Notes: generated by a model not told the origin, from the sequence alone. Positions 20,401 to 27,684 are shown, counted from the first letter of the stretch. The stretch: 64,000 bases of DNA from Hylemonella sp. (GCA_040376915.1 JBEIPS010000001.1:11296-75295), one strand, 5' to 3'. Made by a program: numbers and translations.

Positions 20401-21675
20401 GTTCACGAGCTGCCCCAGCACATCCACGCGTGAAGGCGTCTCCAGGGTCGTCATCGACTCGTAGATTTTTTCACCTTTTTCGTCCACCAGCCCCGTATCT
20501 CTTTTCCAGTCGGCTGCCCCCTTGCCACCACGCTCGATGCCCACCTCGGTCACACTGCCGCTGCCCAGCACCACCCGCCCGGCGCGGTCCGAAGAAGCGT
20601 TGCTGCTCGCCCGGTCCTTGGCCAGCAGGTAGACCGAGCCGTTCTCCAGTACCGCGCTGGTGGCGCGCGCCACCCCCATCTGATTCACGGCGTAACCGAT
20701 CATGGTGACATTGCCGCGCGCAGCCTGCAAGTTGCCAATGTTGGTGACATGCCCCAGCTTGTCGTCGGCGGTGTTGGTCAGTGCCACCGTCGCACCATCA
20801 AGCACGCCGTCCTTCACGTCTGCATTGGCCTGGTCGTAACCCGTGAGCAGGGTATCGCTGTCCACTTCCACCAGCAGGCCGCGCACGCTGCTGTCCTGGC
20901 CGCTGGCCGAGCGCAGAAAGACCCTGCTGGCCGCCGCGGCGATGACCTGGCCGCCCTCGGCCGTGACCGTGCCCCGGTTGACCACGGTGGGTGCGATCAG
21001 CATCACGCGGCCCGAGTCGGTGGCGCTGATGCGCGCGCCTTCGAAGACCTTGATGAAACCCTTGGCCGCGCTGCCATCCAGTGCCTTTTCGAACTGCGGC
21101 GTCTGCGTGTTGTTGGTCAGGAAGGAACCGGTGATGAAACCGTCGGCGATGTTGAGCGTGGAGGCCGCGAAGCTGTTGAGGTTGACCTGGGACCCCCCCA
21201 TGAAGGCGATGCCGTTGCTGTTGACCAGGATGATGTTGCCCTTCTGCCCCGCGCCCTGCGTGATGGCGCCGGCGATCACCGAGGGGTTGATGTCCCAGAT
21301 GCGGTTGAGCGAGGTGAAGCTGGCGCCCTGCACCAGATTGTTGCTGGTCAGGTTGTCCACCTGACGGAACTGCACGCTGCTGCCGGCGCTGATGTTGAAG
21401 CTCTGCCAGTTCAGGACGGACTTGTCACCCACCTGGTTGATGTTCATCTGGTTGCCGATGGTCTGCACCGCGGCCTGGCCGTGGGTGACAAAACTTGCGC
21501 TGCCCACCGGCAACTCGGCGCGCAGCAGCGGGGCGAAACCCAGGCTGCCGGCCAGCACCACCCCCGCCAGCGTGACACTGCCCTGGGCCTTGCCGTTCGC
21601 GCGGGCGCATTCGGCCGTGGGCACCAGCATGCCCAGCGAGGCCTTGAAAACGAGTCGGTAGCAATTGCGGTTCAT
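11419..21675 (-). CDS. Filamentous haemagglutinin-family TpsA exoprotein with DUF3739-type C-terminus (3418 aa)
   Basis: ESPR extended signal MNRNCYRLVF..; TPS domain LNWQSFNI..NPSVIAG..LVNSNGI; G/A/T/S/L-rich beta-helix repeats; C-terminal ILLWSSAGDIDAGKGKKS..GSGIG.L..LIAPRGTVNAGDAGIRA..VDVLGFGE. Confidence 0.93.
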   Translation of the reverse strand: MNRNCYRLVFKASLGMLVPTAECARANGKAQGSVTLAGVVLAGSLGFAPLLRAELPVGSASFVTHGQAAVQTIGNQMNINQVGDKSVLNWQSFNISAGSSVQFRQVDNLTSNNLVQGASFTSLNRIWDINPSVIAGAITQGAGQKGNIILVNSNGIAFMGGSQVNLNSFAASTLNIADGFITGSFLTNNTQTPQFEKALDGSAAKGFIKVFEGARISATDSGRVMLIAPTVVNRGTVTAEGGQVIAAAASRVFLRSASGQDSSVRGLLVEVDSDTLLTGYDQANADVKDGVLDGATVALTNTADDKLGHVTNIGNLQAARGNVTMIGYAVNQMGVARATSAVLENGSVYLLAKDRASSNASSDRAGRVVLGSGSVTEVGIERGGKGAADWKRDTGLVDEKGEKIYESMTTLETPSRVDVLGQLVNMESGASIVAPSGVVNITALDKPSDLNGTSTDPFRQSSTVSTTARVHIAEGARISVAGLENVAVDVARNIVEVELRGDELKDSPLNRSGALRGKTVYLDVNKALANAKAGVSTLIAEDSLENYSAKLERTAAERATAGGKVTVRSQGEAILESGAVVDLSGGNVQYQAGFIKTTTLSAGGQSVDIADANANTRYDGIANSLTLDYGRWNKQETVQGASTYRYSAGYTEGKNAGTLAVVGMKATVLQAEVQGRTTTGERQQAVASQPKGATLVLGSAALSEDYKLNQAVVVARQSALLGTGFDFGDVLPAAQAATLTLDADLLGKNKVANLEIYSNQAVTVRDALRLPDNGSVTVVGTQVLVQADVVAHGGRIDLAARNNNVSPSTGIDVQVASGVRLDTSGVWNNLLPGMSAANSPLRPIDAGVVKLTADGLVALGAGSVIDVQGGATVSAANKLSLGDGGDVNLSGNQLSLEGTVLGYAPGEGGTLTLSAQKMKIGGTADATAFNLDTGLLDQGFASYVLKGSESLEVADGTVLRPRVVSREIHPSYRVQATGSDLQGFSHLVQREDVERQAADLSLASAGTGETDGRIRVGTGARIEADTGAIVKLEARNGMVIDGLIQAQGGSITASVSRNSSHPYDATAALWLGSGAVLDASGVAQTYTDSQGLVQGQVLNAGAITLTANNAGIVSQQGSRILLDGAGPVVLAQPNEQGGQGRTVASDGGSLTLSTTEAALLDGSVSAQAGASGRRGGRFSFDLKAGDAIRGPLANGGNGAPDNERTLILQQAPGLQAAALAAGDALPASSNGNVVLSADALRTAGFDEISLKSKDAIRLDGNVQIAAAGNLPLGSLTLDAGRIETQGGNVGLSAHAVTLTNSASTATGGTPVAGTGSLTVDGALVTVAGHVTVSGIGQLTLQADEAVRLTGAPTDAGGVADTGSLTLASDLTVDSPLTAPSTDVAFTVKAPGQRVAFTNSTGAAALTPYSVQGSVTVQAREISQGSTLHAPFGQIDLQASELLEFKAGSVTSVSGAGAQFSYGRVENGRSWVGGVEGSGTTVTTLEGKAVRASGQTIDMQAGAVVDLSGGGGVQAHEFTVGPGGSADILARSGTYAVLPGYASGFAPGDGQEAFNAKTGTTVYLSGVPGLAAGYYTLLPAHYALLPGAYAVRLDTGMNNVLPNQSYARADGAWVSSGYLSDSRSNAPKDANWQGIEVLSREQVRERSEFTLTQASDFFAGSRNRPEDAGLLSISTTGTGASALALDATYRMAAARGGQAAAVDIAAANLVITGPNATGVDPNAVQVSVEQLQRLGAASLLLGGTRTNNATGAALTAVASNVVLANDSNSALQAPEVMLMARDQITLAPGSVIDAQGDSTTATAYTTTGDGAFVRAASSEASFVRSGSTNTTGRIEGTAGAGVAPLVRAADAITLDATQSNQFEGRTLFEKNGVAVAGKLGVGAARINFVGDSSAAAGLPGISYGQDELDGMSSLAALTLTSYSSFDVYGNAQIGGRDANGSPTLKALTLQGAGLRGLDNTGQTASVNAQQMHLNNAGGVALPATGALGSGALELRADVLTLGTGNKEIKGFAAVDARANELKGVGMGSTTVSGAPLTVVVRQISGAGLSQQTLGSDAALVVRDYLAGETAPVVRAITADRTLGAEWTLKGASVNFDTTARLHSGELTLTASSGDVQLGSQAVVDVSGRLVDFFDVQKPSEAGRVTITAAQGNVALASGARVDVSGAAGGDAGELALSAVNGSVSLARNSVVGGNPANGTGQTGEGARVAVDTKTLASYSDLNDALNDGGFSGQRNLRVRSGDISVAAADVTRAQNIALTADDGAISLAGTLDASGAQAGRIVVQASGNVELLSGARLAAESSQAGLAGGQVELATRSGSLNLDAGSRVDVGGGGTGDGGELLLRAPRVGSDVGVGTLAAVVSGASRIDVEALRTYAYAGNVTLDNTANETGTTLGLGKINSDNTAYAVNHAAITTRLGQDGNAAFRVIDGVEVTSTGNMTLGSDWNLASSRPGGNAGNLTLRAAGDLNLNNNLSDGFNLATPTSGATPATGTPAILGADDSWAYRLVAGADTASANAMAMNGTGNLAVAAGKLVRTGTGDIRMAAGGNITLASNTSAIYTAGKAATALAGFTAPTNAQFSTGGGDVELKAGGNISSATRSAQLYSGWLFRQGGLNLAGTAYTAPAWWVRFDRFQQGVATLGGGNVSLASGGNISNLSASAATQARSTGGSSSSAATLNKSGGGSVRVAAGGDVLGGQFYADGVAAIGKVRIRAEGKIGAGDKVGSNELHTIVALGNAQADVLARGDVNIHAVINPHLVQQSSGSGINLNIANANSALWSLFSSYTDNSAASLASMAGDVNFHNRPQGSTNDKLAGFKDVGGAYGTTFNLSTANYALATAMGLLPGSLSLVSFQDDVLLGGGGASTLTPAARGQLTLLAGDNVTMLGRTVLSDLAPLPDATRPVRTTADFAGSSHALTPVHAGDSEPVRVYAVEGDVRGMANAQALDSAKAVRVKAGRDVIDLGMKIQHVNADDVSQIGAGRDIRFSTETNRSIGAYIWVGGAGRLEMTAGRDLDLGTSAGVVSRGNLDNSALPTRGADLELAAGLGRTAGIYNIDNAAVLARLVSRLQATPGDEATLWLARWLTGNAGLDAATALPAVQALTTAAPEMQRTQVRDMLFSALRATGRDANDAQSSYGGNYDRGYAALELLFPGSGAGTEVAQAGRAGDINLFASRVLTEAGGNIDLLAPSGRLIAGLTNTPEVLTRTEVLNPSANGQTDTGVLGIAVVAEGSIRGATRDDMLVNQSRILTVGGGDILLWSSAGDIDAGKGKKSAAVVPPPLTLVKPDGSVTRVLQGAASGSGIGALQPLGGTAGDVDLIAPRGTVNAGDAGIRAGNLNIAAQAVLGAENIKVSGTSTGTPLVDNSAVSASSSGATSRGEDAGKSIAAATLAASDAARNAQALANEFKPTLVRVDVLGFGE

Positions 21676-21703
21676 GCTTGATCTCCTGGTGAGCTGAGGC
21701 TGA

Positions 21704-23266
21704 TCACCATTGGTAGGCTAGTTTGAAATGAAGACGGCTGTCACCGCTGCGGGTGTTGCCCACCGAATTCAGGGCCTGGGCCGCGTCAACTGTGGCGCTG
21801 TAGCCACCACGGCGCCAGCGCAAACCCACACCGGCCCCGGCCAGCTGGTAACCGCTCACCGCGGTCAGCGCGTCCAGCACCACGACTTCGCCGTAGTCAT
21901 AGAACAACAGGGCACGCGTCTCAGTGTCTGCCTCGCTGGATGCGAACAGCTTGGGCGTCTGCAGCTCCAGCGAGGCGGCCAGACCGCTGTCCCCGCCCGC
22001 GGCGGATTCCAGGTAACCGCGCACCGTGTCCACACCGCCGATGAAAAACTGCTCGTTCGAGATCAGGGCCTGGTTGCTGAACTGCCAGCCCAGGCGCGCG
22101 CCATAGGCCCAACCCGAGCCGGACGTGAACTGGACCGAGCCCGTGCCGCGCCAGTAGGAATAGTTGGCCCGGCCACGGTAGCGCTTGTCGGCGAACTGCT
22201 GTTCCTTGCCGACCAGGCCAGGCGCGTGGAAATTGAAGGCGACGCCCAGCTTGCTGTTCACGCGCTCGCCCAGCCAGTTGCCATCCCAGCCCAGCACCCA
22301 GGGCAGGTATTTGATGGGGGAACTGAAGCCGGTGTTGGTGTCGATCTTCACGTCCTGTTCGAAGTCCTTGTAGTCCACCCCGAAGGTGGCCGTCTGGAAG
22401 AAGGCCTCGGCGCCGGGCAGCGCGGCGATGTAGCGTGCGCCGTAGATCGAGCCGCGGCCGATCACGTTGAGCGTGCCCACGGCCGCCACATTGGATTCCG
22501 AGCGCACCCCGTAGAAGGACAGGAAATCACCGGACGCCCGGGGCACGGTGTAGTTGAGCGAGTAAACGCGCCCATCATCAGGCCGCTCCGGGGCCGTGCG
22601 CATGGTGAGGCCCAGGCTGTGCTGGCTCTGCCACAGGTTGTCGAAGCGCAGGCTGGCGGTGGCTCGTGTGGGCGTGGTATCGGCGCTCTGCTGGTTGTTC
22701 AGCTCCAGGCTGCCGTGCAGCGGAGAGGTGTCCTGGACCTTGAGGTCCACCTCCAGGGTGCCGGGTGTGCGGCCTGGCCGCAGTACCGGCGTGACGCGCC
22801 GGTCGGCCGAACGGTTCAGCGCGGCCAGTTCCTCCTGCATGCGCGGGAAGTTGGGCACATTGCCCTCGGCCAGCTCGGGCACGCCGGCCTTGATCTCGCC
22901 CAGGCTGAAATAACGCGACTCCACCACGCGCAGCCGCCCCACGGGCGCCTCCACGACGGCCAGGCTCACCACCCCGTCCCGCACCTGCTGCGGCGGGATG
23001 TTGGCCACCACCGTCAGGTAACCCGCGCCGTGGTAGGCCTTCTCCAGCGCCTCGCGGGCACGCTCCACGTCCTGCAGCGTGCGCTGCGGCCCCAGGTGGG
23101 GCGTGATGGCGGTCTCGATCTGCGCCGGCGTGAGCAGGCTCACCCCCGTCACCCTGTATTCGAGGATGTCGAAGCGGGCCTCCTGGGCATGGATGGCGCG
23201 GGTGGACATGGTGGCAAGCAGGAACAGCAGGACAGTCAGCGGCAGGGACAGGGGACGGAATTTCAT
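21704..23266 (-). CDS. ShlB/FhaC/HecB-family TpsB transporter
   Basis: POTRA FDILEYRVTG..LEKAYHGAGYLTV..IPPQ; barrel with EQFFIGGVDTVRGY; C-terminal aromatic W. Confidence 0.93.
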   Translation of the reverse strand: MKFRPLSLPLTVLLFLLATMSTRAIHAQEARFDILEYRVTGVSLLTPAQIETAITPHLGPQRTLQDVERAREALEKAYHGAGYLTVVANIPPQQVRDGVVSLAVVEAPVGRLRVVESRYFSLGEIKAGVPELAEGNVPNFPRMQEELAALNRSADRRVTPVLRPGRTPGTLEVDLKVQDTSPLHGSLELNNQQSADTTPTRATASLRFDNLWQSQHSLGLTMRTAPERPDDGRVYSLNYTVPRASGDFLSFYGVRSESNVAAVGTLNVIGRGSIYGARYIAALPGAEAFFQTATFGVDYKDFEQDVKIDTNTGFSSPIKYLPWVLGWDGNWLGERVNSKLGVAFNFHAPGLVGKEQQFADKRYRGRANYSYWRGTGSVQFTSGSGWAYGARLGWQFSNQALISNEQFFIGGVDTVRGYLESAAGGDSGLAASLELQTPKLFASSEADTETRALLFYDYGEVVVLDALTAVSGYQLAGAGVGLRWRRGGYSATVDAAQALNSVGNTRSGDSRLHFKLAYQW

Positions 23267-23326
23267 TTTTCTTTTTCAAGCAGCATTGCCATGCACCCTG
23301 CTGGCAAGGTGTATGGCAATGCACAT

Positions 23327-23362
23327 GAAAAACCGGGACAGCCTTTTTGGCGCTGCCCCGGT
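23327..23362 (-). terminator. Rho-independent terminator after the 492-aa gene
   Basis: Minus strand ACCGGGGCAGC-loop-GCTGTCCCGGT followed by a T run. Confidence 0.7.
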
Positions 23363-23416
23363 ACCACCGCGATGCAGGGCGGATGGCCCTGCATCAGCGG
23401 GTTTCACATCAGCGGT

Positions 23417-24895
23417 TCAACGCTGCATAGGAGCGCAGGAGTTGGTGCCGCGGTAGAAGCTGCTCACGTTGGTGCCGGTGACGCCGGAGGCAGCCGTCAG
23501 GAACAGGCCCTTCAGGTTGGTCAGCTCGGGGTTGGCCAGGGAGGCGTTGACGGCGGTCAGCAGGTCCAGACCTTCGGTCGGGGCGGTGGCGGCCTTGAAC
23601 AGTTCCAGCTCGTACCACATGCTGTAGTTGCCGTCGATGGCGGTCTGGCGCTGGAAGGCGTCAGCCAGGTTGGGCGACACGCCGTCGAGCTTCACGAAAG
23701 CCCAGCGGTCAGCGGAGGCCGTCGGTGCCGGGGTGTTCTCGGCCGACATCACGCCCAGGGCGTATTCACCAGCGCCGGTGGCCGTGTTCAGGGCCGTCTT
23801 CACGCCGCTGGTACCCGACTGTTCGCTGATCACGAAGTTGCCACCGTTGTAGCTGCCGACGCGGGCCGGCTCAAATGAGCCACCAGCCTCACCGGCCACG
23901 CAGGGCTTGCCCAGGAAGCGGATGTTGGAGGCAGACTGCGTGCCCGAGGTCGGGGCGCGGCGCGCCAGGTTCAGCTTGCCGGTACCACCGAAGGCGGCGG
24001 CGCTGGTGAAGTCCTTGTTGGCGTCGTTGGCCACGGCGGTGTAGGCAGCGGCCGGCAGCGTGGGCTGGCAGGCGATGCTGGTGTAGTTACCGGTGCAACC
24101 CACCAGACCCTGATCGGCCTGCAGCTTGGCGTAGAGCGGGTAGCTCACGGCCACGGCAAAGACCTGGCCCAGGTTGGTGGCTTCGGTGCTGCCGATGGTC
24201 GACACGTCGGTGGCGATGCCCAGGTTCAGCTTGTTGATCAGGTACTCGGTGTCGGAGTAGCCGCCGATGGACAGGGTGGGGGCGGTGTCACCGGCCACGT
24301 TCACGCTGGCGGGCGTGCTGGCGGTAGCCAGGGTCACGGTGGTGACCGGGCAGGCACGGTAGGCGCTGACGTTGTTGTTCTGGCCGGACACCGGAGTCAC
24401 CTGGTTCACGGGAGCGGCGCAGCCGGTCGTCAGGTCAGACACCTGCTTGGTGCGCGCGAGGGTGGCGGGCAGGTTGCTGTTGGTGTCACCGGCCAGCTTG
24501 AGGGCAGGCGAATAGGCGTTGAAGGAACCGCCTTGCACGGTGTGGTACAGCACGACCTTGGTGCCTTCGAGCGAGCCGGCACGGCCGTCACCGGTGCCGA
24601 TGGTGCAGGCGTAGGCCGCCTGGTCGTTGCTGCCCACGCTACCGGGGTACAGGGTGGCAGCCACCTGGAAGAAGGAAGCGTCGAAGGTGCCGGGGTTGGT
24701 GGTGATGGCACCAGCGGCATCCTTGTAGGTCGCGCCGGCGCACAGGGACAGGAAGCCCTGGAACACGGCGCCCTGGTTGGCGGAAGCGCCGGTCATCCAG
24801 AGTTCGGTGGCACCCACGGCCTGGGCGGGGGTCAGCGCAAAGGCCGGGGCGGCAGCCAGGGCCAGAACGGCCAGGGCGGTTTGATGCAGTTTCAT
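23417..24895 (-). CDS. Secreted Cys-rich protein with distant PstS/PBP-type motifs
   Basis: Signal peptide (PAFA); TGASA, GGYSD, RRAPTSGTQ, FVKLDGVSP, IDGNY; 8 Cys; AAGGA RBS; strongly biased codons. Confidence 0.85.
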   Translation of the reverse strand: MKLHQTALAVLALAAAPAFALTPAQAVGATELWMTGASANQGAVFQGFLSLCAGATYKDAAGAITTNPGTFDASFFQVAATLYPGSVGSNDQAAYACTIGTGDGRAGSLEGTKVVLYHTVQGGSFNAYSPALKLAGDTNSNLPATLARTKQVSDLTTGCAAPVNQVTPVSGQNNNVSAYRACPVTTVTLATASTPASVNVAGDTAPTLSIGGYSDTEYLINKLNLGIATDVSTIGSTEATNLGQVFAVAVSYPLYAKLQADQGLVGCTGNYTSIACQPTLPAAAYTAVANDANKDFTSAAAFGGTGKLNLARRAPTSGTQSASNIRFLGKPCVAGEAGGSFEPARVGSYNGGNFVISEQSGTSGVKTALNTATGAGEYALGVMSAENTPAPTASADRWAFVKLDGVSPNLADAFQRQTAIDGNYSMWYELELFKAATAPTEGLDLLTAVNASLANPELTNLKGLFLTAASGVTGTNVSSFYRGTNSCAPMQR

Positions 24896-24945
24896 GATGA
24901 TCTATCCTTGATTGAAAATTGAAGCGGGAGTCTCGGAACAGCGGC

Positions 24946-25812
24946 TCAGACCGAGTTCTTGCGGCGACGGACCACGGCGCCCATCAGGCCCAGGCCAGCC
25001 AGCAGCATGGCCAGGGACTCGGGCTCGGGAACCGGGTTGGCGAAGGTCAGCGTGTTGGTGGCCAGATTGACGGACCACTTGCCGTACTCGTTGGTCTGCA
25101 GCGTGCCGTCACCGTTGACGTCGTAGCCGAACACCGACTTGATGGTCTGGGTGGTGGTGCCGCCAGAGGCCGTCTTGAAATAGAAGAAGTTCTGTGCCGT
25201 GGCCAGGTTCTGGGTGGTGTCGTTGGCAGCCACGAGCGTGCCCAGGGTGTCACCGGCCGCGCCGCCCATATTGCCGAAGTAGCGGTTGGTGGCCGACTCG
25301 GCCGAGGTGGCCGTGATGGCGCTGTTGTCGGCCACCGTGCCGCCCATGGCAGCGCTGACGGCGTTGACGTAGTTCTGAGCCTTCTGGGTGGCGCCGTTCG
25401 CCTGGGCCAATGCAGAGTTGTTCAGGCTGAAGGGCGTGTTGGCGGTGGACGTCACCAGCAGGTTGTTGATGCCGCCGTTGGTCTGGCCGGCGAACACGTT
25501 GTACTCGATGCTGGCCACGGCGGCACCGGCGAAGGACTTGATGGTGCTCCAGGCGCTGCCGAAGGCGGCGTCGTCCAGGTTCCACGAGCGGGTGAAACCG
25601 GCAACGTTCGCGTTCGCGACGAAGGTGTTGAGCGTGGCGCCCAGATCAAAGGTGGCGGACATGTCGTCGCCGCCGCTGATGCCCGTGCCGGTGTAGAAAC
25701 GGAAGTTGGCCAGCAGCTCGGCGTCGCCGGAGGCGGAGTTCGCAACGGCGGCGTTAGCAGCGCCGGAGGCGGCCAGGACGGCGGCCAGCGCCACCAGTTT
25801 GAGTTTATTCAT
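24946..25812 (-). CDS. PEP-CTERM sorting-domain protein
   Basis: Signal MNKLKLVALAAVLAASGAANA; A/N/T/S-rich; C-terminal PVPEPESLAMLLAGLGLMGAVVRRRK. Confidence 0.95.
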   Translation of the reverse strand: MNKLKLVALAAVLAASGAANAAVANSASGDAELLANFRFYTGTGISGGDDMSATFDLGATLNTFVANANVAGFTRSWNLDDAAFGSAWSTIKSFAGAAVASIEYNVFAGQTNGGINNLLVTSTANTPFSLNNSALAQANGATQKAQNYVNAVSAAMGGTVADNSAITATSAESATNRYFGNMGGAAGDTLGTLVAANDTTQNLATAQNFFYFKTASGGTTTQTIKSVFGYDVNGDGTLQTNEYGKWSVNLATNTLTFANPVPEPESLAMLLAGLGLMGAVVRRRKNSV

Positions 25813-25954
25813 AAGTAATCCCCGAAGTAGTGATGAAGAAGGAAGAAAGGCAGGAAGGAAGCTCACTCGCCGGCTTCACGCAAATTCACGTTCAGCCCAG
25901 GGGAACTTTAAAAAGCCTTGGTTGCAGGCCAACGCGGTCTGTTGCGCGCTTGTG

Positions 25955-25970
25955 TAGTCCGTTCAGACCG
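25955..25970. promoter_or_regulatory. 16-bp palindromic motif copy (TAGTCCGTTCAGACCG)
   Basis: Intergenic, 143 nt upstream of start 25812. Confidence 0.6.
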
Positions 25971-26033
25971 GCTTTTGCAACAAATGAGTGGCGTCCGGAG
26001 CCCGGGTGGGCCGGACCCGGCCGCTGGCGACGC

Positions 26034-26837
26034 TCAGGCGGCGTCGCCGGCCACCACGAGGCGCAGCGTGGCGCCCTTGCCCACGGCCTGGGCACGGTTG
26101 GTGACCTTCAGCTTGCGCATGATCTTCTGCACGTGGTTCTTGGCCGTGCGCGGGCTGATGCCCAGGATCTGGCCGATCTCGGGGTTGGTCTTGCCGTTCT
26201 TGATCCAGTGCAGCACCTGGATCTCGCGCTTGGACAGCAGGGTGATCGGCGCCTCCTTGACGCTGGAGCGGCGGACCTCGTTGTCGAGCATGCGAAAGAG
26301 CGCCAGGTGCAGGTGGGGCATGAGCAGCTCCAGCAGGTAGGCATCCCGCGCCTGCGGCAGGTGGCCCAGGCCGACGAAGGCGAAGAAGCTGCCGTAGTCG
26401 CCCTGGATCTCGCGCACGCCATGGGCCAGGATGTGGTCGAGCGCATGCTTGTTCAGGTCGGCCAGCAGCTGGCGACGCCCGGTCTGGGCCGTGCCGGCCT
26501 GGCTGAAGCAGCAGGGAGCGCTGTCCTGGCGCACCCAGTCGTCCACCATGCGCAGGACCAGGCCGTTGACCGGGTCACACAGGGCCGCGTCGGTCCGGGG
26601 CTCGAGCACCACGCGTGAAAAGGTCTCGAAACGCAGTTGCATGCGGCCCACATCACCGTGCGCACAGAGCAGTGTGGCATGGGGCAGAAACCCCTGCAAG
26701 GCCCCCTGGGCCCAGAGAAAGAACTGCGAGCGGGTGCGCACCTGCATGGCCGTCTCGATGGTCATCGCCAGATGCTCGAGGTCGTGGCTGTTCAAGTGCA
26801 CAAAAGGCCTGGTGCGCGACGTGGGCGTCTGGTTCAT
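26034..26837 (-). CDS. epsA: XrtB/PEP-CTERM-associated LuxR-family regulator EpsA
   Basis: QFFLWAQGALQGFLPH N-terminal domain, YLLELLMPHLHLAL, HTH LSKREIQVLHWIKNGKTNPEIGQILGISPRTAKNHVQKIMRKLKVTNRAQAV; GGAGG RBS; eps/xrtB context. Confidence 0.88.
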   Translation of the reverse strand: MNQTPTSRTRPFVHLNSHDLEHLAMTIETAMQVRTRSQFFLWAQGALQGFLPHATLLCAHGDVGRMQLRFETFSRVVLEPRTDAALCDPVNGLVLRMVDDWVRQDSAPCCFSQAGTAQTGRRQLLADLNKHALDHILAHGVREIQGDYGSFFAFVGLGHLPQARDAYLLELLMPHLHLALFRMLDNEVRRSSVKEAPITLLSKREIQVLHWIKNGKTNPEIGQILGISPRTAKNHVQKIMRKLKVTNRAQAVGKGATLRLVVAGDAA

Positions 26838-27340
26838 GGCTTGTCTACCTCCGGTTTGGACAAAAGGGTGAAGGTCGCGGGATCGACCTGGAAGATCCAC
26901 TGGTCATAACTGGCGGCCCCGTCAAAGGCGGCGTCCGCAGCATCGTGCCGGGTGCGCAGGGGCGCCGCCTGCGAGCGGCTGTGCACACCGACAATGCGGC
27001 CGCCACTGCGCACCAGCGCCCAGTCGGTGGCGCGTGTCATGGGGTCGCGGTAGAGGCGGCGCAGGTGGTGCCGCGGCACCGGGTAACGGCGGTCCTCCAG
27101 CAAGTCGGCCAGCTGCTCGGGAAACTGCTTGCCGCTGCCGGGCGTGCTCAGGTAGTAGCTGGCCAGAGCCAGACGGAACTGCTGGCCGATCTGCAGCAGC
27201 TCGGCCTCGCGCTCGCGCTGCACGACCTGCTGCCAGACCCGGCCCGTGCCGGCCAGCCCCAGGCCCAGGGCGGCCAGGGCAAACAGCACCAGCAGGTAGG
27301 ACATGCCGCGTTCGCCGCGCCGGCGCTCACCAGTTCGCAT
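26834..27340 (-). CDS. Type II secretion minor pseudopilin-like protein
   Basis: Prepilin-like ERG-MSYLLVLF; REREAELLQIG, LRRLYRDPMT. Confidence 0.8.
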   Translation of the reverse strand: MRTGERRRGERGMSYLLVLFALAALGLGLAGTGRVWQQVVQREREAELLQIGQQFRLALASYYLSTPGSGKQFPEQLADLLEDRRYPVPRHHLRRLYRDPMTRATDWALVRSGGRIVGVHSRSQAAPLRTRHDAADAAFDGAASYDQWIFQVDPATFTLLSKPEVDKP

Positions 27341-27683
27341 AACTCTTGTCTCCGTCGGTGGCGCCGCTGCGCAGGTCATAGACGCCGCTGCCGCCCTGGG
27401 GCGGCGTCTCCAGGATCCAGTTCTCCGCGCTTTCGCTGATGGGATCGACCGGCACCCGGCGCAGGTAACGGCGTGTCACCAGTTCCTCCAGGTCCTTGGG
27501 ATAGCTCCCTGTGTCGCCGTGGAACTTGTCGATGGCATCGCGCGTGACGGCCAGCGTCTCGCGCAGGGCAGCCTCGCGCGAGCGTGCCAGGTGATCGAAA
27601 TAACGCGGCGAGGCGATGGTCAGCAAGGTGGCGATGATGGCCATGACCACCATGAGCTCGATGAGAGTGAAGCCGCGCCGCAT
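27327..27683 (-). CDS. Type II secretion pseudopilin (GspG-like)
   Basis: RRG-FTLIELMVVMAII; AIDKFHGDTGSYP..LEELV..YLRRVPVDP. Confidence 0.9.
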   Translation of the reverse strand: MRRGFTLIELMVVMAIIATLLTIASPRYFDHLARSREAALRETLAVTRDAIDKFHGDTGSYPKDLEELVTRRYLRRVPVDPISESAENWILETPPQGGSGVYDLRSGATDGDKSYANW

Positions 27684-27684
27684 C

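Noticed and set aside
20455-20525. AT-richer patch inside tpsA
   Set aside because: In-frame charged loop (DWKRDTGLVDEKGEKIYES); too short to support an insertion or mobile element.
11419-21675. CdiA contact-dependent inhibition toxin
   Set aside because: No VENN/pre-toxin motif noticed, C-terminus is DUF3739-type, and the next gene is an ExbB fusion rather than an immunity gene.
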